From the NCBI GenBank assembly GCA_965204215.1, contig CBDBDZ010000013.1, positions 636,394-700,393 of the forward strand: a DNA stretch of 64,000 nucleotides, written 5' to 3'. The notes beneath the pieces were generated by a model, which was given only the letters and a program-made list of their open reading frames with translations, did not search any database and was not told the origin of the DNA. Position numbers and translations under genes: made by a program. This document shows positions 20,451 through 30,475 of the stretch, in pieces; position 1 is the first letter of the stretch, and each line of letters starts with the position of its first letter. Source of the DNA: Pseudomonadales bacterium (lineage in GTDB: Bacteria; Pseudomonadota; Gammaproteobacteria; Pseudomonadales; GM7GCV1).

Positions 20451-21171
20451 CTAAATAGGTATCCCTGACTTGTTGGTTGGTTAGAATAGTATTGGCATCG
20501 CCTTCGGCGATAATGGAGCCGTTGCCGATGATGTAAGATTTATTACAGAGGCTGAGCGTTTCTCTCACATTGTGGTCGGTAATTAATACGCCAATATTAC
20601 GTTGTTGCAAATGTTCAATAATGGTTTGGATGTCGTTTATTGAAACGGGGTCAACACCTGCAAAGGGTTCATCTAATAATATGAATTTAGGGTCCATTGC
20701 CAAAGCTCTTGCTACCTCGACGCGTCTGCGTTCGCCGCCGGACACTGTTATACCCAAAGATTTGCGAATATGTTGTAAATGGACTTCATCAAGTAAAAAA
20801 TCGAGCTTTTCGCGCCGTTGTGCACGGGTTAAATCTTTACGTAGTTGTAAAATAGCCAAAATATTGTCTTCAACACTGAGTTTGCGAAAAATGGAGGCTT
20901 CCTGGGGTAAATAACCTAGCCCTAATTTAGCGCGTTGATGCATGGCTTTGTGGGTGAAATTAATTTCGCTATTACCGCTAGTTAATGACACTTTACCTGT
21001 ATCGGCTTTAACCAAGCCTGCTATCATATAAAAACAGGTGGTTTTGCCCGCTCCGTTAGGGCCGAGAAGGCCAATCACCTCGCCTTGATTGACGCGCAAA
21101 CTAACATCGGAAACCACCGTTTTATTGCCATAGGTTTTTGATAAATGTGTCGCGATTAATGCGGTAGCCAT
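20431..21171 (-). CDS. lptB: LPS export ABC ATPase LptB
   Basis: Walker [10 protein letters not shown], signature VSGGERRR and Walker B ILLDEP; located downstream of lptC-lptA. Confidence 0.9.
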   Translation of the reverse strand: MATALIATHLSKTYGNKTVVSDVSLRVNQGEVIGLLGPNGAGKTTCFYMIAGLVKADTGKVSLTSGNSEINFTHKAMHQRAKLGLGYLPQEASIFRKLSVEDNILAILQLRKDLTRAQRREKLDFLLDEVHLQHIRKSLGITVSGGERRRVEVARALAMDPKFILLDEPFAGVDPVSINDIQTIIEHLQQRNIGVLITDHNVRETLSLCNKSYIIGNGSIIAEGDANTILTNQQVRDTYLGEHFKL

Positions 21172-21182
21172 CTATCAGTGCG

Positions 21183-21698
21183 CTAAGAAACAGGGTTAGG
21201 CTTGCAGCCGATAGGTTTGCCATTTTCAGCAAGGGGGAATACCGTGCGGGTTCGACCTTCGGATTTTAATAAGGCTTCACTGAGTTTATAAACAATGTGT
21301 TCGCCATTAAGCTCAGTTTGTTGTTGGTTGAGTTTAGCGCTACCCAGCAATAAAATAGTTTCATCGGCAGGTGTGTATTCGATACGCTTGCTTTGCCCTG
21401 TTACATCACAGCCTTGCTTATCGCTACGTTTGATTGTGACAGGTGTGCCTTGAGCGACAACTTTACTGACTTCTTTATCCGCTATGGAAACGGTTAAAGT
21501 GTCAGATTTTAATAACAAATCACCTTGGGTAAGAATAACATTGCCTGAGTATATCGTTGTATTATTAATTTGATCAACCACTGCACTGTCGGCATCTATG
21601 GTTAAGGGTTTATCGCGTTCATTTGCAGCTAATAATAACGGCAACAATGTGCTTGTAAAGGCAATAAAGTATTTAATTAACATGATGTATAGCGCCAA
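21183..21698 (-). CDS. lptA: LPS transport periplasmic protein LptA (OstA-like)
   Basis: Signal peptide followed by an OstA-fold pattern (IDADSAVVDQ...TIYSGNVILTQGDLLLKSD); position between lptC and lptB. The start could instead be the Met at 21683. Confidence 0.8.
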   Translation of the reverse strand: MALYIMLIKYFIAFTSTLLPLLLAANERDKPLTIDADSAVVDQINNTTIYSGNVILTQGDLLLKSDTLTVSIADKEVSKVVAQGTPVTIKRSDKQGCDVTGQSKRIEYTPADETILLLGSAKLNQQQTELNGEHIVYKLSEALLKSEGRTRTVFPLAENGKPIGCKPNPVS

Positions 21699-22302
21699 TT
21701 TTTTTGTTTAATTGATAAATGCCAGTATTTAAGTTGGTGTTCAGACCCATACCGTCTATATAGTGGCCAGGTTGTACAATTTGTACACTTTTGTCGGTAG
21801 TGGCTGTCTTATTGACTGTGTTAATCATTAACTCACTGGTGCGAAATTCTCGGAAAGGTTGGCTGTCTTGAGCTGGGTAACCCTGGGCGCCTTGCTGTTG
21901 GTTTTGCTGTAGCAATACATTGCCCTGCAGTAGAAGTTCACCAGAGTTCAGGGTATATTCACCCCTAGCGCTGCTAGCAGTCAATCGACCTGCCTTTAAT
22001 GACTGAATGGTCACAGTAGGTTGAAATAATATGACTTTAGCGGAAGGTTTATCTGCATTGTAATATTGAACCTTAGCACTTTTTAATTGGTGTTCTATAT
22101 TTCCCTGTTTGTCGTATAACATAATGGTAGACTGTTCCAAAAAGCGGTTGGGTAAATGTTTATGTAACCCCAATTGGTCGAGTGTAGAGTAAGCGTGGGC
22201 TGGTTGTGTCTCAAATTGGGCATTTTTTTCTTGTAATCCCAAATAGCCTATTGTGCCAAGGGCTAAAATTAAAAGAGTTGCAAATAGTGTCCAATTATTC
22301 AT
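21673..22302 (-). CDS. lptC: LPS export protein LptC
   Basis: A single N-terminal TM helix and a beta-jellyroll-type sequence; conserved position between kdsC and lptA. Confidence 0.75.
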   Translation of the reverse strand: MNNWTLFATLLILALGTIGYLGLQEKNAQFETQPAHAYSTLDQLGLHKHLPNRFLEQSTIMLYDKQGNIEHQLKSAKVQYYNADKPSAKVILFQPTVTIQSLKAGRLTASSARGEYTLNSGELLLQGNVLLQQNQQQGAQGYPAQDSQPFREFRTSELMINTVNKTATTDKSVQIVQPGHYIDGMGLNTNLNTGIYQLNKKIGAIHHVN

Positions 22303-22846
22303 GGGTTGCCGTATATTTAGCCGTCAATGCTTCATACTCACCACGAGCTTTTAACAGGATATCACAGACTTCTCGCACCGCGCCATTTCCTCCATGTTGT
22401 TGGGTGACATAGTCTGCAATGGCTTTAATATCTGAATGCGCATTGGCAGGAGCAAAGCCCAAACGACTGTTGTTAACAGCGTTGTAGTCTGGTAAATCAT
22501 CTCCCATATAGGCAACCTGATCCAGGCTTAAGTTTAGTGATTCGCAAAGTTCGGTAAGAGCTTGTAGTTTATCACTGCGGCCTTGTATAACGTGAGTGAT
22601 GGCTAACTCATTTGCCCGTTTATTGACCATGGCTGATTGCCTGCCAGTAATTATTGCTACTTGAATATTGACCCGCTGCAATAATTTGAGTCCAAAGCCA
22701 TCAAGGATGTTAAATGATTTGTGTTCCACTGCATTGCTATCATAAACAACATTGCCACCAGTTAACACGCCATCGACATCTAGCGCTAACAATATAATAT
22801 GTTTAGCGGCAAATTTAAAAGCATTATCTTTCAGGATATTTGACAT
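22295..22846 (-). CDS. kdsC: KDO 8-phosphate phosphatase
   Basis: HAD motifs (LALDVDGVLT, GDDLPD) and the characteristic kdsD-kdsC-lptC context. Confidence 0.85.
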   Translation of the reverse strand: MSNILKDNAFKFAAKHIILLALDVDGVLTGGNVVYDSNAVEHKSFNILDGFGLKLLQRVNIQVAIITGRQSAMVNKRANELAITHVIQGRSDKLQALTELCESLNLSLDQVAYMGDDLPDYNAVNNSRLGFAPANAHSDIKAIADYVTQQHGGNGAVREVCDILLKARGEYEALTAKYTATHE

Positions 22847-22849
22847 TGA

Positions 22850-23812
22850 TTATAAGCCTGTTTCTAATAAATCGTGTAAATGGATAATGCCTATAACACT
22901 ACTGTTATTATTGGTAATAATTAATGATGTGATTTTAGCATTTTCCATCATTGCCAGCGCGTCAATTGCCATGGCATTGGCTGCTATCGTTTTCGGCGTG
23001 ACTGACATCAATTGACTGATGGGCGTATTGAGTACGTTTTCTTGTTCAAACACTCGACGTAAATCGCCATCGGTGAAAATACCAAGAAGTTTGTACTGTT
23101 CATCGACAATAGTAGTAACTCCCAGACCTTTGGTGGTGATTTCTACAATGGCATCTTTTAGCGTGACATGACTTTTAACCATAGGAATGGCATCGCCACA
23201 ACACATCACATCGCTGACTTTTAACAATAAGCGTTTACCTAGTGAGCCGCTAGGATGAGATAGAGCAAATTCCTCTGCGGTAAAACCACGTGCTTCAAGC
23301 AATGCAATGGCTAGAGCATCGCCCATTACTAACGAAACGGTTGTGCTGGAAGTGGGTGCTAACCCCAAAGGGCAGGCCTCCTCCTTGATTTTAATAGACA
23401 AATGAACATGGGCATTTTTTGCCAGAATTGATTCAGCATTACCAGTTATACTGATTAATGGACATTGGATGCGATTAATAGTGGGAATTAAGTTGATAAT
23501 TTCATCTGATGCGCCAGAATAAGAAATGGCAATAACGACATCAAGAGGAGTAATCATGCCTAAGTCGCCATGACTGGCTTCGGCTGGATGAATATAAAAT
23601 GCCGGGCTGCCCGTGCTGGATAGCGTTGCAGCTATCTTCCTGGCAATATGCCCCGACTTACCCATTCCTGTAATAATAATACGTCCTTTGCATTGTAAAA
23701 GTAAATCGCAGACCTGATTAAAATTATTGTCGATATGTTGCAGTAAGTCGTTTACTGCTTGAGATTCAATTTTAATGGTGCGAATGGCGGACTGAATGTA
23801 ATTGACGCTCAT
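22850..23812 (-). CDS. kdsD: Arabinose-5-phosphate isomerase (SIS domain plus two CBS domains)
   Basis: Contains GMGKSGHIARKIAATLSSTGSPA, followed by a tandem CBS region. Confidence 0.9.
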   Translation of the reverse strand: MSVNYIQSAIRTIKIESQAVNDLLQHIDNNFNQVCDLLLQCKGRIIITGMGKSGHIARKIAATLSSTGSPAFYIHPAEASHGDLGMITPLDVVIAISYSGASDEIINLIPTINRIQCPLISITGNAESILAKNAHVHLSIKIKEEACPLGLAPTSSTTVSLVMGDALAIALLEARGFTAEEFALSHPSGSLGKRLLLKVSDVMCCGDAIPMVKSHVTLKDAIVEITTKGLGVTTIVDEQYKLLGIFTDGDLRRVFEQENVLNTPISQLMSVTPKTIAANAMAIDALAMMENAKITSLIITNNNSSVIGIIHLHDLLETGL

Positions 23813-23822
23813 GCTTAGTAGT

Positions 23823-24761
23823 CTATAGTAGAAAATAAAAATAGGCTATGTAAAGCGCAAGAAATAAAGCACCTAGCAGGCGATTAATTTGCAAACTTGC
23901 TTGTCTGTTCCATATTTTGGGAATGAATACCGCACATAACAGTAGCGATAGCAATAAAGTCATAGGATAGTCTCTTGTTATCACCGCGCTATCAAGTACA
24001 GTAGGTTGGATGATACCAGCAATGCCCATAACCCCCAGCAAGTTAAAAATGTTTGAACCAATAATATTACCAATGGCAATATCACGCTGGCCTTTAAGTG
24101 CGCTCATGAATGTTATTGCTAATTCTGGCAAGCTAGTGCCAATAGCAACAGCGGTTAAACCTATAACTAACTCACTCACACCAAATTCACGCGCGAGACC
24201 TTTTGCACCCCAAACCAAAGCTTGAGAGAAAATAACAAGACCAATAATACCGCCGATTAGCAATAGCCAACTCTTTGTTACTGTTAGCTCAGTGCTGGGG
24301 AGTGTTATTTCATCATCAGAAGCATTTTTGACGGTAAAATATAAATAGGCGATAAGGCTGCCTACTAAAATAAAGCCCTCTGCGCGACTCAGGGTTAAAT
24401 CCCATAACAATAAACCCGCCAAGAAAGCGATAATAATAAAGATAGGCAATTGCGTTTTGATAACATTTTGGCATAAAGGTAATGCCACAGCAATAGCAGT
24501 ACAACCTAACACCAGACCTATATTAGTAATATTAGAACCTAATGCGTTACCAATTGCCAATTGCGGTGAACCGTTTAATGCCGCAATGGCAGAGACAAAT
24601 ATTTCAGGTGCTGAAGTCCCCAAAGCTACAATAGTTAAGCCTATAACAAGGGGCGATATCTTCAAAAGTTTTGCCAAACCCACACTACCAGATACGAATT
24701 TGTCGGCGCTATATACAAGTCCTATAAAGCCAGAGAGCAACGCCAGAATAAATAAAAGCAC
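23823..24761 (-). CDS. yrbG: CaCA-family Na+/Ca2+ antiporter (YrbG type)
   Basis: Two internal alpha-repeats (GTSAPE and GTSLPE, each followed by GSNI-N); upstream of kdsD as in E. coli. Confidence 0.85.
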   Translation of the reverse strand: MLLFILALLSGFIGLVYSADKFVSGSVGLAKLLKISPLVIGLTIVALGTSAPEIFVSAIAALNGSPQLAIGNALGSNITNIGLVLGCTAIAVALPLCQNVIKTQLPIFIIIAFLAGLLLWDLTLSRAEGFILVGSLIAYLYFTVKNASDDEITLPSTELTVTKSWLLLIGGIIGLVIFSQALVWGAKGLAREFGVSELVIGLTAVAIGTSLPELAITFMSALKGQRDIAIGNIIGSNIFNLLGVMGIAGIIQPTVLDSAVITRDYPMTLLLSLLLCAVFIPKIWNRQASLQINRLLGALFLALYIAYFYFLL

Positions 24762-24879
24762 TTTAAGTTATTAATTAAAGAAGGGGGAGAATATGGTTAA
24801 AATTTAAAAGGAAACTTTAACATTTAATTGCGATAAATGTTAGTATTAGCTTAACTTACTGATTAAGAATGTACGATAA

Positions 24880-25434
24880 ATGCCTATCCCTAAAAATATT
24901 GATCCATATCAAATGGCGCGTTCACGCAGCACGCTTCAAGGCGATTTAGAGTGCCATCATTTAACTAGAATTGATAACTGGTGTAATACGGTTACGAGTG
25001 ATAAACAATCGCCAAGGGTATACGTGGACTTGCAATGGTTTATGGATGAAGCAAATTTGGCGGCGGTTACGGGTAAATTGAGTTATGGACTTACATTGGA
25101 ATGCCAGCGATGTTTAAATGATTTCGACAAGCATTTTGATGTGGGTATTGATGTACGTGTGGTATTTTCGGAAGAGCAGGCAAAACATTTAGGTAAACAT
25201 CAGGAATATGTGGTTATCGATGAAAAAACGCTGCAGTTGCATCAGTGGATTGAAGATGAAATTATTCTGGCAACTCCCAGTGTCCCTTCCCATCGTAGCG
25301 ATGAATATTGCGATTCGTTATTAAAGTATGCCGATAATAAGCCTCAATACGAACAGGTTAGTGGAGAAAATATAAATAATTCAAATCCATTTCATATGTT
25401 AAATCAATTAAAGATAGATAATCGAGATAAATAA
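24880..25434 (+). CDS. yceD: YceD/DUF177 23S rRNA accumulation protein
   Basis: Contains CQRCLNDF and sits immediately upstream of rpmF. Confidence 0.8.
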   Translation: MPIPKNIDPYQMARSRSTLQGDLECHHLTRIDNWCNTVTSDKQSPRVYVDLQWFMDEANLAAVTGKLSYGLTLECQRCLNDFDKHFDVGIDVRVVFSEEQAKHLGKHQEYVVIDEKTLQLHQWIEDEIILATPSVPSHRSDEYCDSLLKYADNKPQYEQVSGENINNSNPFHMLNQLKIDNRDK

Positions 25435-25537
25435 AATATTTTATGATAGAATCGCGCGCCCTTACGAGGAGTCCTTTGACATAATTGAAATAAAAGGGCT
25501 TAAGCATCAACCTATAAAAATTTATTTGGAGTGTCTA

Positions 25538-25750
25538 ATGGCTGTTCAAAAAAGTAAAGTGACTCGCTCTCGTCGAGGTCAGCGTCGCTCGCACGATTCA
25601 TTAATTGCTGCTACATTATCAGTAGATAGCATTACAGGTGAGTATCATCGCCGTCATCATGTTTCTGCCGATGGATTTTATCGAGGAGAAAAAGTAATCA
25701 ACCCGCGCGCAACTGCTACTCCAGCAACGACAATTCAAGACGAAGACTAA
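25538..25750 (+). CDS. rpmF: 50S ribosomal protein L32
   Basis: [20 protein letters not shown] at the internal Met of ORF 25526..25750; the C-terminal tail is somewhat long. Confidence 0.9.
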   Translation: MAVQKSKVTRSRRGQRRSHDSLIAATLSVDSITGEYHRRHHVSADGFYRGEKVINPRATATPATTIQDED

Positions 25751-25765
25751 ACGTCTTGCTTTTTT
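25736..25765 (+). terminator. Hairpin plus T-run overlapping the rpmF stop codon
   Basis: CAAGACG (25736-42), a 9-nt loop, CGTCTTG (25752-58), then C and TTTTTT. Confidence 0.5.
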
Positions 25766-25822
25766 CAATGGCATGAAGCCGCTGATCCACCTCATCAAGC
25801 ATATTTTCAATAGGTATATTCT

Positions 25823-26773
25823 ATGTCTGATTCAACATCTATAGCATTTGTTTTTCCAGGTCAAGGTTCACAAAAAATAGGGATGTTAGCAGAAATGGCA
25901 GAGCGCTATCCACAAATTCAACAACAATTTTCTACAGCATCCAGTGTTCTGGGTTATGATTTGTGGGGTTTGGTTCAAAAGGGTGAACAAGAAACCATTA
26001 ACATGACAGAGATAACACAGCCTTTGTTGTTAACTGCCAGTATTGCTTTATGGCAAATTTGGCAAAGCCAATCTGGTGCAACACCTATAGGTTTGGCAGG
26101 ACACAGTCTGGGTGAGTGGAGTGCCTTGGTTGCCGCAAATGTTGTGAGTTTTGAAGACGCAGTGATGTTAGTTCGCAATCGAGGTGCTTATATGCAATCA
26201 GCATGCAAACCTGGAGAAGGAGCAATGTTTGCGGTGATAGGCTTAGATGATGATAAAGTTGAAGAAATTTGTAGAGAGCATTCATCCGACCAATTTGTTG
26301 CTCCTGTCAATTACAATTCTCCGGGTCAATTAGTTATTGCTGGTTATGCTCAGGCAACCACTAAGGCTAGTGAGACCTGTAAAGCGGCAGGAGCGAAAAT
26401 GGTGGTAGAATTGCCTGTAAGCGCACCTTTCCATACGCCACTGATGAAACCAGCTGCCGACAAACTTGCCAGTGACATTATGGCAACAGCGTTTAGCACA
26501 CCTCAAATTCCCATTGTTCACAATTCTTCGGTACAAACCTGTAATGAATCAAGTGTTATTCAGTCATTAATGATTGAACAAATTACCGCAGCAGTGCCCT
26601 GGACGGCTTGTTTTAATCAATTAATCGCGATGGGTGCTGAAACCGTGATTGAATGTGGACCAGGTAAAGTATTGGCTGGCCTTGGTAAACGTATTAATCG
26701 CACTATTCAAACCATCAATATTGACTCGGCTAGCGGTATTCAACAAGCCTTGACGGACCAAGGTTTAGAATAG
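25823..26773 (+). CDS. fabD: Malonyl-CoA:ACP transacylase
   Basis: Contains FVFPGQGSQ and the active-site motif GHSLGEWSAL. Confidence 0.9.
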   Translation: MSDSTSIAFVFPGQGSQKIGMLAEMAERYPQIQQQFSTASSVLGYDLWGLVQKGEQETINMTEITQPLLLTASIALWQIWQSQSGATPIGLAGHSLGEWSALVAANVVSFEDAVMLVRNRGAYMQSACKPGEGAMFAVIGLDDDKVEEICREHSSDQFVAPVNYNSPGQLVIAGYAQATTKASETCKAAGAKMVVELPVSAPFHTPLMKPAADKLASDIMATAFSTPQIPIVHNSSVQTCNESSVIQSLMIEQITAAVPWTACFNQLIAMGAETVIECGPGKVLAGLGKRINRTIQTINIDSASGIQQALTDQGLE

Positions 26774-26834
26774 GTGGAATGTTTCAGATTGAAACCCTAA
26801 TAACCGTAAAATCAAACCATCAAAAATTAGCAGC

Positions 26835-27590
26835 ATGACATTACATACAGAATTTACAAATAAAGTAGCATTAGTAACTGGAGCGAGTCGCGGTATTGGC
26901 CGTGCTATTGCAACAGCTTTGGCCAATGCAGGAACAAGTGTCATAGGTACCGCTACTACAGATTCAGGTGCAGCCAAAATTAGCGAGCATTTCGCAGAAC
27001 AAAACTTAAATGTCAAAGGCTATCCGTTGGATGTTGGCAGCAGTGAAGAAATCGCCAATTTAATGGATAGTGTCAGCGCTGATATAGGCGCGCCAACCAT
27101 TATTGTTAATAATGCAGGTATTACTCGCGATAATATCATGCTGAGAATGAAAGATGACGAATGGTTCGATGTGATTGACACCAATTTAAATTCAGCCTAT
27201 CGGGTTGTCAAAGCAGCACTTAAAGGTATGACCAAAGCGCGTTGGGGCAGAGTTATTAATATTGGTTCAGTAGTTGGCAGTATGGGCAATGCTGGTCAAA
27301 GCAACTACGCCGCTACCAAAGCGGGTATAGCTGGTTTTTCAAGAGCACTAGCCAAAGAAATAGGGTCACGCAATATTACTGTCAATACCATTGCACCTGG
27401 CTTTATCGCAACTGACATGACCGATGAATTAACCGAAGAACAACGCAGCGCATTGCTGGCCAACATTCCGGTACAACGCTTGGGTTCGGTAGAAGACATA
27501 GCCGCAGCTGTATTGTTTCTGGCCAGTGATAATGCAAGTTATATTACAGGTGAAACACTACATATTAACGGTGGCATGTATATGAGCTAG
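26835..27590 (+). CDS. fabG: 3-oxoacyl-ACP reductase
   Basis: SDR motifs TGASRGIG, NNAG and YAATKAG; located downstream of fabD. Confidence 0.9.
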   Translation: MTLHTEFTNKVALVTGASRGIGRAIATALANAGTSVIGTATTDSGAAKISEHFAEQNLNVKGYPLDVGSSEEIANLMDSVSADIGAPTIIVNNAGITRDNIMLRMKDDEWFDVIDTNLNSAYRVVKAALKGMTKARWGRVINIGSVVGSMGNAGQSNYAATKAGIAGFSRALAKEIGSRNITVNTIAPGFIATDMTDELTEEQRSALLANIPVQRLGSVEDIAAAVLFLASDNASYITGETLHINGGMYMS

Positions 27591-27824
27591 AAAGCACTTA
27601 CCCGTCTGGGAGAAGATATAGCAATAGAAGTTAAAAGTACCGACCATGTGAAAGATAAGCATCAGGGGGGTATCAGAATGCTTAAAGAGGAAGGGTTAAT
27701 CAAACAGTATCTGGTTGTCAGTTTCGACCCCAATTTTCGAATAACCAGTGATGGTATTCAAATTCTACCTTGGAAGTTGTTTTTGGATAGTCTATGGGGA
27801 AGGCAATTTAAACAGAGCTATTAA
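27591..27824 (+). pseudogene. 3' remnant (77 codons) of a DUF4143-type AAA ATPase gene
   Basis: My translation from the base after the fabG stop reads KALTRLGEDIAIEVKSTDHVKDKHQGGIRMLKEEGLIKQYLVVSFDPNFRITSDGIQILPWKLFLDSLW. This matches the C-terminal nuclease-like end of DUF4143 ATPases. It has no start codon and no N-terminal ATPase part. Confidence 0.65.
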
Positions 27825-29347
27825 GTTAGCTCTCTTCCTTTTAGGAACAGTTCTACTGCTTTATTGTGGTTGACGCATTCAAATTTCATGTTTAAATCTT
27901 TGAATAAACGCTCGGCTTCCAGCGTTTCAAAATCGGGTATTTGTAAACCGACCAAAACTCGCCCTTCTGCAGTTCCGTGGTTGCGATAATGAAATAGAGA
28001 AATGTTCCACCTAGTCCCTAAGTGGCTTAAAAATTTGGAAAGTGCGCCAATGCGTTCAGGGAATTCAAAACGGTATAATTGTTCATTGTCGACTTTGCTG
28101 TTACCACCAATCATATGACGGATGTGCAGCGTAGCGGTTTCGTTATCGGTTAAATCAAATGTTTTAATGTTCTTTTTATTTAAACTCTCCAGTATTTCAC
28201 TTTTGCAATGGCTACCCTGGGTTTTTATACCAGTGTAAACGACGGCTTGTTGATCATTGGTATAGCGATAGTTAAATTCGGTAATATCCCTGCGGCCAAT
28301 TTCATTGCAGAACTTTTTAAAGCTTCCAGGTTTTTCAGGGATAAATGCTGCAAACAATGCTTCGGTTTTGCCGCCAATATTTACCTGTTCTGAAATGTAG
28401 CGCAAGCGCTCAAAGTTCATATTGGCTCCGCTGATAACCGCGACCAAATTCATACCTTGCAGCTGTTTATCAACAATATATTTTTTCAGACCAGCCAATG
28501 CTAGAGCGCCAGAGGGCTCAACAATACTTCTCGTGTCGTCATAAATGTTCTTGATTGCCGAACATATTTCATTATTGCTAACAGTAATGACTTCATCCAC
28601 TGTATGTTGCAAAATGTCGAAATTGGCATTGCCTATTTGATGAACGGCAGTCCCATCGGCAAAATTGCCTTCAATGGGTATAGTAGTGGGCATGCCTGCT
28701 TTTAATGCAGCTTGTAAACATGCAGAGTCTTCAGACTCCACTGCAATAATTTTGATGTCAGGGCATTTATGCTTCAAATAGATAGATGTCCCGGCACAGA
28801 GTCCGCCACCCCCAACGGGGATAAATGCGGCATTAATACAACCTTTAAACTGCTCGCAAATTTCTTTGCCAATGGTACCTTGCCCAGTAATAATATGAGT
28901 GTCATCAAAAGGTGGAATAAAAAGTAAATTGCGCTCGATGGCAATTTTTTTCATATGCTCAAAAGCTTCTTGATAAGTGTCGCCCCAGAGCAAAACTTTG
29001 CCCCCCAGTGCATGCACGGAGTCAACCTTAATTTGCGGAGTGGTTAAAGGCATAACAATGGTGGCTTTAATACCTGCATGACGCGCACTAACTGCCACAC
29101 CCTGCGCGTGATTGCCTGCTGATACCGTGATAATACCGCGTTGTTTTTCTTCATCAGATAACTGGCTGATTTTATAAAAAGCACCGCGAACTTTAAAAGA
29201 GAATATGGGTTGAGTGTCTTCGCGCTTGAGCAACACAGTATTGTTAATGCAACGTGAAAAACGCAACATTTTACTCAATGGAGTTTTATGAATTAACTCT
29301 GGAAACTCGATTGCGTCAATTGACTCAATATAATCGTCAAACACCAA
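27821..29347 (-). CDS. ilvA: Biosynthetic threonine ammonia-lyase with a C-terminal regulatory domain
   Basis: TTG start, PLP-lysine motif FSFKVRGA, SAGNHAQG and a ~180-aa ACT-like C-terminal domain. Confidence 0.9.
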   Translation of the reverse strand: MVFDDYIESIDAIEFPELIHKTPLSKMLRFSRCINNTVLLKREDTQPIFSFKVRGAFYKISQLSDEEKQRGIITVSAGNHAQGVAVSARHAGIKATIVMPLTTPQIKVDSVHALGGKVLLWGDTYQEAFEHMKKIAIERNLLFIPPFDDTHIITGQGTIGKEICEQFKGCINAAFIPVGGGGLCAGTSIYLKHKCPDIKIIAVESEDSACLQAALKAGMPTTIPIEGNFADGTAVHQIGNANFDILQHTVDEVITVSNNEICSAIKNIYDDTRSIVEPSGALALAGLKKYIVDKQLQGMNLVAVISGANMNFERLRYISEQVNIGGKTEALFAAFIPEKPGSFKKFCNEIGRRDITEFNYRYTNDQQAVVYTGIKTQGSHCKSEILESLNKKNIKTFDLTDNETATLHIRHMIGGNSKVDNEQLYRFEFPERIGALSKFLSHLGTRWNISLFHYRNHGTAEGRVLVGLQIPDFETLEAERLFKDLNMKFECVNHNKAVELFLKGRELT

Positions 29348-29533
29348 ATGTAAGCTGTAAATGAAAAGGCGGCGATTCTATCATTTTTATTAAATTTTGT
29401 CATGATGTAGTTTGAATCAAAGATTCTATAGGGGATATCATGTATTATTGAAATCAGTTTTTTATTTACAGAGCTTACATTGTCTGGTGAAATATCTGGC
29501 GAAATTTATAATCAAAGAGATAATGCATTGACT

Positions 29534-30475
29534 ATGGAAAGCTATAGTAAAAAAATCAATGTAGCTAAACCCTTTTTAAAATGGGCTGGAGGAAAGACGC
29601 AACTGCTAAAAATTATTGAACCATATATTCCTTTTGAAAAATCGGATGCTATTGTTTATATAGAGCCTTTTGTGGGTAGTGGTGCGTTTCTTTTTTGGAT
29701 GCTGGAAAAATATCCTTCACTTGAAAGAGCAGTGATTAATGACATTAACGTCGATTTAATTAATACATATTCGGTTATTAAAACTAATGTTGATGACTTA
29801 ATAATTTTGTTGGAAAAATGGGAAACAGAATATTATGCTATCAGTGATAACCAGCAATTAAAAAGCGATTATTATTATACGAAGCGCGATTGCTTTAATG
29901 CTAGAGAATCGGCTGTTGTTATTCAAGCTGGTTTATTGATTTTTCTAAACAGAACATGCTTCAATGGGTTATACCGGGTTAATAGAAGTAATCACTTTAA
30001 TGTGCCGATTGGTAGTTATAAAAGACCTACAATTTGTGATAAAAGAAATTTGATTGCAGTCAGTCGAGCACTATCGAAAGTTAAGATTCTTCATGGTGAT
30101 TTCGAGCAGACAAATAATTATGTGTCTCCTGGTAATACTATTTGCTATATGGACCCTCCATATAAGCCTTTAAATGCAACGTCAAATTTTAACTCATACT
30201 CAAAAGATAACTTCGATGATGTTGAACAAGTCAGGTTAAAACGATTTTGTGATCAACTAAAAGAGCAAGAATGTTTCTGGTTGTTGAGTAATTCTGATGT
30301 CAGGACAGAGGGGGAAAACGATTTTTTTGATTCTTTGTATCATAACTATGAGATAAATAGAGTGAAAGCTAACAGGAGAATTAATGCGAATGCCAATAAA
30401 CGAGGTGATATTTCGGAATTGTTGATTGCTAATACTTTACCTGTTGATAATACAAAGAGAGAAAGCTATGGCTAG
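29534..30475 (+). CDS. Alpha-class (Dam/DpnM/MboIA-like) N6-adenine DNA methyltransferase
   Basis: KPFLKWAGGKTQLL, motif I EPFVGSGAFLF, then motif IV DPPYKP later in the sequence. The likely start is the Met at 29534; the ORF is open from the TTG at 29480. Confidence 0.85.
   Translation: MESYSKKINVAKPFLKWAGGKTQLLKIIEPYIPFEKSDAIVYIEPFVGSGAFLFWMLEKYPSLERAVINDINVDLINTYSVIKTNVDDLIILLEKWETEYYAISDNQQLKSDYYYTKRDCFNARESAVVIQAGLLIFLNRTCFNGLYRVNRSNHFNVPIGSYKRPTICDKRNLIAVSRALSKVKILHGDFEQTNNYVSPGNTICYMDPPYKPLNATSNFNSYSKDNFDDVEQVRLKRFCDQLKEQECFWLLSNSDVRTEGENDFFDSLYHNYEINRVKANRRINANANKRGDISELLIANTLPVDNTKRESYG

Noticed and set aside
20570-20914. A 114-aa plus-strand ORF inside lptB.
   Set aside because: It is antisense to a highly conserved ABC ATPase gene with all its motifs intact, so it is a shadow ORF.
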